DNA from: a virus
Taxonomy: Duplodnaviria > Heunggongvirae > Uroviricota > Caudoviricetes
Reading direction: 5' to 3' (one strand)
Length of the DNA stretch: 4,458 nt
IMG/VR virus record: IMGVR_UViG_2740892270_000002
Every line of letters starts with the position of its first letter. Position 1 is the stretch's first letter. The notes below the pieces were generated by a model. It did no database searches, was not told the DNA's origin, and saw only the letters and a program-made list of their open reading frames with translations. This document shows positions 1 to 4,458 of this stretch, piece after piece. Made by a program: the position numbers and the translations under genes.

Positions 1-13
1 GTCCAATGTGCAT

Positions 14-48
14 AAAAAAATCCGGAAACAAGTGAGCGTTTCCGGATT
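14..48 (-). terminator. Putative Rho-independent terminator downstream of the portal gene (minus-strand sense)
   Basis: Seen in sequence: perfect 11-bp inverted repeat AATCCGGAAAC (19..29) / GTTTCCGGATT (38..48) with an 8-nt loop. Read on the minus strand the hairpin is followed directly by a run of 7 T (complement of the A-run 14..20). It lies about 35 nt downstream of the portal TAA stop (81..83). On the plus strand the hairpin is followed by CTTACAC, not a T-tract, so it is unidirectional. Confidence 0.6.
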
Positions 49-80
49 CTTACACAGCCACTGGATCGGTCAACTGATCC

Positions 81-1328
81 TTAACTGATCGGCATTACAC
101 CACCGGGACGCGGATTCATATCTTCCAGGTCGCGGCAGTCATTGGAAGAGTAAATTCCCCAGTTGATCCCGGTGGCGTAGGCTTCAAAACGGGACTTCAT
201 ATCCCCGCGCAGTAACGCCCCGGCGTTAAATTTGGCGTAATAAACGCCCTGCTTACTTTTTCGTACCAGTCCGGTGTTGATCCGCTGTTCGATGCGGGTC
301 AGATACGGCACCAGTGAATAGTTGATAAATCCCAGCCCCAGCTCTTCGATATTGTTGAAGGTGGCGCGATCGGTGTTCTGCACCATGTGCAACGGCACCC
401 GGAACAGACGACAGATTTCTTCCAGCTGAAACTTGCGGGTTTCCAGGAACTGACTGTCCTCGGCGTTCAGCGCCATCGACTTCCAGTCCAGCCCCATTTC
501 CAGAATCATCGGGCGGTGAGCATTGCCAAGCCCCGTGTGACACTCCTCAAAATCTTTCTTCAGACGCTCGTAAGCATCCGGCGTGAGCTTTTGTTCCGTA
601 CGCAACACACCGGATGTCACCGCACCATTACTAAACAACCTGGCACCGTGCTCCTCGGTTGCCGCTGCCAGTGAAATGGCCTCACGCGCATACGCAATGG
701 GATTCAGCCCGACAAGTCCATCCAGCGTCAGGGTGCGCACATGCCAGATTTCATTCTGGGTCAACACATCCACGGAACCATCCGGAAACGTCACCTGATA
801 AACCGGCTGCCACTGGCTGTTCAGCTTCGGTTCCACACAGCCCGGATCTATCGGAAGAAGCTCCACCACTTCTCCCAGTGCCTTTACCTTGTAGGCGTAA
901 AAATTCCCCCGTAGACACAGGCAGACAATAACCAGCTCCCAGAATTCCTGCGGTGTCATGTAGCCATTAGGTTTTGCCGAAACCAACTTATGCAGTCGTT
1001 CATCCACCGCCCGTGTTTTCAGGGTACCGCTGATTTTGTAGAGACTGCAGGGCAGCATACCAACAGACTCTGCCAGCACCCTGACGCAAGAATAGACCGC
1101 CGTCAGGCGCATGGCCCGCTGGCTACTGATCCGCTTTCCGGTATAGGTGTCGTATGACAGCCCGATAGCATCAGCAGTTCTGCTGGCGTGGTCACCGGCA
1201 CATCGCTTTTTCGTTGAAATAATCCCGAAAAGAACACTATTTACCTCCGCCGACAGACTGCCGTGTACGGTCGAGATATCGCGCCACCAGCCACGACCAG
1301 AACAGGCACAGCGCCCCGGCAACAACAA
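81..1328 (-). CDS. Phage portal protein, HK97-family-like; stop at 81..83 is clear, start codon uncertain
   Basis: 415-aa minus-strand ORF. The motif [26 protein letters not shown] resembles the conserved N-proximal region of HK97-type portal proteins (recalled from memory, not searched), and the gene sits immediately downstream of the large terminase as in HK97-like head modules. The ORF-track start at 1326..1328 is TTG (the first three codons are TTG TTG TTG), has no good Shine-Dalgarno, and overlaps the small ORF 1237..1419 by 92 nt in another frame. The next in-frame ATG is at 1110..1112 (M73), which would remove conserved N-terminal sequence. The real start probably lies between about 1112 and 1328. 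Confidence 0.85.
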   Translation of the reverse strand: MLLPGRCACSGRGWWRDISTVHGSLSAEVNSVLFGIISTKKRCAGDHASRTADAIGLSYDTYTGKRISSQRAMRLTAVYSCVRVLAESVGMLPCSLYKISGTLKTRAVDERLHKLVSAKPNGYMTPQEFWELVIVCLCLRGNFYAYKVKALGEVVELLPIDPGCVEPKLNSQWQPVYQVTFPDGSVDVLTQNEIWHVRTLTLDGLVGLNPIAYAREAISLAAATEEHGARLFSNGAVTSGVLRTEQKLTPDAYERLKKDFEECHTGLGNAHRPMILEMGLDWKSMALNAEDSQFLETRKFQLEEICRLFRVPLHMVQNTDRATFNNIEELGLGFINYSLVPYLTRIEQRINTGLVRKSKQGVYYAKFNAGALLRGDMKSRFEAYATGINWGIYSSNDCRDLEDMNPRPGGVMPIS

Positions 1329-1419
1329 AACCCGCCGGGGGATAAATCAGCCAGGCACCATACGCCAGCAAAAGCGCACCCAGCACGCCCACCAGAGGCG
1401 CGAGAATCAGCATGATCAT
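1237..1419 (-). CDS. Small hypothetical membrane protein (60 aa, two predicted transmembrane helices) between large terminase and portal
   Basis: ATG start at 1417..1419 preceded by GAGGT (1424..1428), 11 nt after the large terminase TAA stop. The translation [60 protein letters not shown] has two hydrophobic stretches separated by YPPAG and a basic C-terminal tail. Codon usage (CTG, GCG, GGC rich) looks like real coding sequence. I do not recognise a named homolog. Confidence 0.5.
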   Translation of the reverse strand: MIMLILAPLVGVLGALLLAYGAWLIYPPAGFVVAGALCLFWSWLVARYLDRTRQSVGGGK

Positions 1420-1430
1420 AATTACCTCAG

Positions 1431-3164
1431 TTAAAGCGAGCGGATCCCGTAGGACTCAATGTGGTCAGACAGCGTGTCTTCTTTCTCGTACAGCATGGCT
1501 CTGCCAACCGCCATAATCAGCGCAACTGCACCATCGATTTTGTTTTCCGCCTGCTCTTTGACGGGTTTCACCACATCATCGTTACCCGGCATGTTTTTGC
1601 CGACCACGTTGCCGATACACCAGGTCATGATGGGATTGCCGTCATGATGAAAACGTCCCGATTCAATCGCTGCTTCCAGCTCTTTCATCGGATCGGACAT
1701 ATTGGTGAAGTTCTGGACGATAGTGACGGGATTCAGGTCTTCATCAGCAAGGTCATGTGACAACCCGGTCGCCCCGAAGGGGTCGATGGGTGACTCACTG
1801 ACCGGGCTGATTTTGTTCGCCGCTTTGGCCTCCTCGAGGATGTAGCGATAATCCACCTCCGCACCATCGGTAACGGTCAGAACGCCCATTTCCACCCATT
1901 TCTGAAAGCGTTCGGCTGTCCGTCGATCTTCATTTTTCTCGACGCTGTACACCGTGTCATACGGTACCCAGAAACGCGGGGCCACACTGTAGTAATGCGT
2001 TTTACCGTCAATCTCGCGGGTATAAAGTCGCGCCATGCTGTTCATATCCAGCTTACGCGCCAGGTCAAAGGCCAGAATGCACGGCTGCCCCTCGAACTGC
2101 TCAAGGGTCAGTGATTTATCCTCGCAGCTCTGCCAGCTCACCAAGTTGAAATACGCCGAACGCGCCGACACCCAGATATTGAGGTGTTTTGTTTTAAAGA
2201 CGTTTGCCAGACGGGCGTTATTTTTCGCACGCTGCTGCTGACTTAACAAAAATTCGCGATAAACCGACACGCCAATATTTGGATTGGCTTTTTCCAGCAC
2301 CTGCGGGCCGGTCCAGTCGTCACCTTCATCAACGGTATAGATGATCCCGAACAGTTCATCGTTAGGCACCGAGCCGTTGAGCATCTCGATGACTTCCCGC
2401 CGCTTGTCGTAGCACGGCCCCTCAATGTTGTACCCGGCGGTGGTGATGGCCCACATCAGTGGCTGACGTCGCGCCCCCATCCCGGTAAGCATTGTGGTAT
2501 AAAGCGCATCGGTGGCATGCTCGTGATATTCATCAACCACGGCACAGTGGGGTGATGAACCATCACCTGGGTTGCCGATCAGCGGTTCAAACCGCGCGCC
2601 ATCCTCCGGACGGTTCATGTTTGAGGCGTTAACCTCAATCCCGAACGCTTCCGTCAGCATGGGTGTGCGTTTACACATCAGTCGCGCCGGGCGAAAGACT
2701 TCCCACGCCTGTTTCTCTGTCGTGGCACCGGAATACACTTCCGCGCCAAACTCGTTATCACAGGCAAAACAATACAGGGCAACACCGGCAGAGATTGCTG
2801 ATTTGCCGTTCTTACGGGGGATTTCGGTGTACACCTCCCGGAAGCGGCGCAACCGGGTGCCTTTATTGACCCAGCCAAACGCACAGCAGATCACAAATAG
2901 CTGCCACGGCTCCAGCGTGATGGGCATCCGTTTGAATGCCCACTCCCCCTTGGTGTGCGGCAACAGCTGAATAAATTTCGCGGCCCGTTCAGCCAGGTCC
3001 TTGTCGAAGCGGTAACGAAACGACTTACTTTTTTCCGCCATCAGGTCATCAAGATGGCGCTGGCAGGCCTGAATCACAAACTGGCAGGCAACAATCTTTC
3101 CGCGCACGACATCCCGGGCATACTGATTTGCAGCATTTACGTTGGGGTAAGATTTCCGGCTCAT
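1431..3164 (-). CDS. Phage terminase large subunit (ATPase plus nuclease)
   Basis: 577-aa ORF, the size expected for a large terminase. It has a Walker-A-like segment ([12 protein letters not shown]) in the N-terminal half and an acidic C-terminal half of the kind seen in terminase nuclease domains. Its ATG (3162..3164) overlaps the small terminase TGA stop (3161..3163) as ATGA, implying translational coupling. Gene order small terminase, large terminase, portal. Confidence 0.95.
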   Translation of the reverse strand: MSRKSYPNVNAANQYARDVVRGKIVACQFVIQACQRHLDDLMAEKSKSFRYRFDKDLAERAAKFIQLLPHTKGEWAFKRMPITLEPWQLFVICCAFGWVNKGTRLRRFREVYTEIPRKNGKSAISAGVALYCFACDNEFGAEVYSGATTEKQAWEVFRPARLMCKRTPMLTEAFGIEVNASNMNRPEDGARFEPLIGNPGDGSSPHCAVVDEYHEHATDALYTTMLTGMGARRQPLMWAITTAGYNIEGPCYDKRREVIEMLNGSVPNDELFGIIYTVDEGDDWTGPQVLEKANPNIGVSVYREFLLSQQQRAKNNARLANVFKTKHLNIWVSARSAYFNLVSWQSCEDKSLTLEQFEGQPCILAFDLARKLDMNSMARLYTREIDGKTHYYSVAPRFWVPYDTVYSVEKNEDRRTAERFQKWVEMGVLTVTDGAEVDYRYILEEAKAANKISPVSESPIDPFGATGLSHDLADEDLNPVTIVQNFTNMSDPMKELEAAIESGRFHHDGNPIMTWCIGNVVGKNMPGNDDVVKPVKEQAENKIDGAVALIMAVGRAMLYEKEDTLSDHIESYGIRSL

Positions 3165-3550
3165 GATTCGATAATTTTCAGAAACGGGTTAGTGGCTTTC
3201 TTCTGCCCCGCCAGGCCAATCAGACGCTGGCGGCTGCTGGGGTCGAGTCCGAGCATTGCCCCCGTGCTGCTCATCTCGGACTCCTGTTCTTTTTTGGCGG
3301 TCAGCTCCGGATTTTTGACCCTGCCGCCCATTGCACCGGTGATGGTGTTGCCCTGTATGGCAATATTTTTCACGGCACGTCGCCAGAACTCATAGGCCAC
3401 GCACCACCGCTCAAGTACCGCCAGGTCAGTCACGCACAGCAGGCCCTGACCGCAGAGTTCTTTGGTTGTCAGTTGCCACATGATCGTGGCGAGAGGGAGA
3501 TCTTCTTCAGCGAACCACTCTGGTGGCTCAACACCTTTGATGGGCGTAAA
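3161..3550 (-). CDS. Phage terminase small subunit (P27-family-like), 5' end lost in the assembly gap
   Basis: The C-terminal portion [31 protein letters not shown]...[33 protein letters not shown] matches the conserved core of P27-type small terminase subunits as I recall it. The reading frame stays open upstream of the ORF-track ATG (3479..3481) all the way to the N-run, encoding ...[23 protein letters not shown] before MWQL. The true start is therefore most likely inside the gap, and the 106-aa ORF-track call is truncated. Stop TGA at 3161..3163. Confidence 0.85.
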   Translation of the reverse strand, partial: FTPIKGVEPPEWFAEEDLPLATIMWQLTTKELCGQGLLCVTDLAVLERWCVAYEFWRRAVKNIAIQGNTITGAMGGRVKNPELTAKKEQESEMSSTGAMLGLDPSSRQRLIGLAGQKKATNPFLKIIES

Positions 3551-3815
3551 NNNNNNNNNNNNNNNNNNNNNNNNNNNNNNNNNNNNNNNNNNNNNNNNNN
3601 NNNNNNNNNNNNNNNNNNNNNNNNNNNNNNNNNNNNNNNNNNNNNNNNNNNNNNNNNNNNNNNNNNNNNNNNNNNNNNNNNNNNNNNNNNNNNNNNNNNN
3701 NNNNNNNNNNNNNNNNNNNNNNNNNNNNNNNNNNNNNNNNNNNNNNNNNNNNNNNNNNNNNNNNNNNNNNNNNNNNNNNNNNNNNNNNNNNNNNNNNNNN
3801 NNNNNNNNNNNNNNN
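3551..3815. other. Assembly gap (265 N)
   Basis: Uninterrupted run of n. It interrupts the HNH gene and the small terminase gene. All ORF-track translations containing X (3462..3884, 3469..3834, 3473..4030 and the tail of 3528..4028) are artefacts of reading through it. Confidence 0.99.
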
Positions 3816-4028
3816 ACGCAGACACAACTGACACAGACCTTTATCGCGCTTCAGAATACGGGCACGAATCACCGTCCATTTTGAGCCATAGCCACGCTGG
3901 TGGCGGCTCAGTCCGCGCTGGTGCTGCACCCAGCCTTCACCGCGATGTTTATCGCAGTAACCCGAACTGTCTGTGGTTGTACCTGCACATCCACGCTTAC
4001 GGCAGGCACGTGGGATTAGTGATGGCAT
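3816..4028 (-). CDS. Phage HNH endonuclease, terminase-associated type; N-terminal 71 aa only, 3' end lost in the gap
   Basis: ATG at 4026..4028 with GAGGT four nt upstream. The N-terminus MPSLIPRACRKRGCAGTTTDSSGYCDKHRGEGW carries a Cys/His-rich cluster, followed by GYGSKWTVIRARILKRDKGLCQLC, which is the typical lead-in to an HNH motif. Its position directly upstream of the small terminase gene is the standard arrangement in HK97-like cos phages. The ORF-track C-terminus YAHQRC (stop at 3528) is on the far side of the gap, so its frame is unverified and is probably small terminase sequence read in the wrong frame. Confidence 0.8.
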
Positions 4029-4070
4029 AAATACCTCATACCCTGCGAAATGTTTACCACGATAAAAAGG

Positions 4071-4458
4071 CTACTTAATGCACTGAGTGCGGATATACTC
4101 CTGTGCCCCTTCCAGTTGCATCTGCATCGTCATCAGCCGCTCTCTGAGGGTGAAATAATCCCGTTCAGCGGTGTCTGCCAGTCGGGGGCTGGTTGCATTA
4201 TCCACGCCGGAGGCGGTGGTGGCTTCACGCACTGACTGACAGACTGCTTTGATGTGCAACCGACGACGACCAGCGGCAACATCAGCGCGCAGAGTTTCAT
4301 TTTCAGCTTTCGCATCAGCTAACTCCTTCGTGTATTTAGCATCGAGTGCATTAACATCACGCTGTCTCTGCTGCATGTCAGTAATGGTTGCGTTCGCCAG
4401 CTTCAGTTCTCTTGCGTTTTTGTCGCGCTGCTCTTTGTAGGTAATGGCGTTATCACGG
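4071..4458 (-). CDS. Rz: Rz i-spanin (lysis protein), 5' end outside the window
   Basis: The translation ...[128 protein letters not shown] closely matches phage lambda Rz as I recall it. The frame is open from the window edge (4458) to the TAG stop at 4071..4073. The ORF-track start at 4376 is an internal Met. Confidence 0.95.
   Translation of the reverse strand, partial: RDNAITYKEQRDKNARELKLANATITDMQQRQRDVNALDAKYTKELADAKAENETLRADVAAGRRRLHIKAVCQSVREATTASGVDNATSPRLADTAERDYFTLRERLMTMQMQLEGAQEYIRTQCIK
4133..4315 (-). CDS. Rz1: Rz1 o-spanin (outer-membrane lipoprotein), embedded in Rz in the +1 frame
   Basis: The 60-aa translation [60 protein letters not shown] has a lipobox (VVVGC) and a proline-rich stretch, closely resembling lambda Rz1. 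It lies entirely inside the Rz reading frame, the classic embedded-gene arrangement. Confidence 0.9.
   Translation of the reverse strand: MRKLKMKLCALMLPLVVVGCTSKQSVSQCVKPPPPPAWIMQPAPDWQTPLNGIISPSESG

Noticed and set aside
387-931. Plus-strand ORFs 387..674, 583..798 and 659..931 (71 to 95 aa), and minus-strand ORF 253..543, all inside the portal gene
   Set aside because: They overlap the well-supported portal coding frame, have no Shine-Dalgarno, and give low-complexity Arg/Pro/Ser/His-rich translations typical of shadow ORFs in GC-rich coding DNA.
1320-1330. Short CAA-CAA-CAA / A-rich tract (TTG TTG TTG on the minus strand) considered as a tandem repeat or slippery site
   Set aside because: Only three units, inside the small membrane ORF where it encodes part of a hydrophobic helix. 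Too short to call a repeat, and there is no heptameric slippery motif with downstream structure.
1147-1760. Plus-strand ORFs 1147..1434, 1459..1647 and 1461..1760
   Set aside because: Antisense to the portal, the small membrane ORF and the large terminase. The translations are compositionally odd (runs of R/Q/H) with no recognisable motifs or ribosome-binding sites.
2035-3395. ORFs inside or antisense to the large terminase: 2035..2241 (+), 2243..2425 (-), 2572..2970 (+), 2663..2869 (+), 2678..2884 (-), 2955..3395 (+)
   Set aside because: All lie within the 577-aa large terminase gene (or its junction with the small terminase) in alternative frames. None has a convincing start context or a recognisable domain, so they are best explained as frame shadows.
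3462-4030. ORF-track entries 3462..3884 (+), 3469..3834 (-), 3473..4030 (+) and the C-terminal tail of 3528..4028 (-), all of which contain runs of X
   Set aside because: They exist only because the ORF finder read through the 265-nt N gap. The frame across unknown sequence is meaningless, and the flanking real sequence is explained by the HNH and small terminase genes.
4050-4440. Plus-strand ORFs 4050..4235 and 4249..4440, antisense to Rz/Rz1
   Set aside because: The region is already doubly coding (Rz with Rz1 embedded). A third gene on the opposite strand is implausible, and the translations (poly-Gly, Ala/Ser-rich) look like artefacts.
1-4458. Search for tRNA, CRISPR repeats, IS elements or inverted terminal repeats, integrase, attachment sites, or toxin-antitoxin / defence genes
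   Set aside because: No repeat-spacer periodicity, no cloverleaf-like tRNA sequence, and no transposase or integrase-like ORF is visible. The whole window is accounted for by phage lysis, packaging and portal genes.

Overview
This window is the late-gene region of a lambdoid / HK97-like cos-type prophage or phage from an enterobacterial (E. coli-like) host. Every gene I can support is on the minus strand, forming one co-directional module read from high to low coordinates: the end of the lysis cassette (Rz spanin, 5' end outside the window, with the embedded Rz1 lipoprotein), an HNH endonuclease, the small terminase subunit (P27-family-like), the large terminase subunit, a small two-helix membrane ORF, and an HK97-family portal protein followed by an intrinsic terminator. 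A 265-nt run of N (3551..3815) is an assembly gap that truncates both the HNH gene and the small terminase gene, so ORF-track entries crossing or touching it are artefacts. I see no tRNA, rRNA, CRISPR array, IS element or integrase. All plus-strand ORFs look like antisense shadows of the minus-strand genes. I find no convincing evidence of a novel defence or accessory system here; the points most worth a second look are the small membrane ORF between terminase and portal, the unresolved portal start, the gap sitting where a cos site would be expected, and the terminator after the portal gene.
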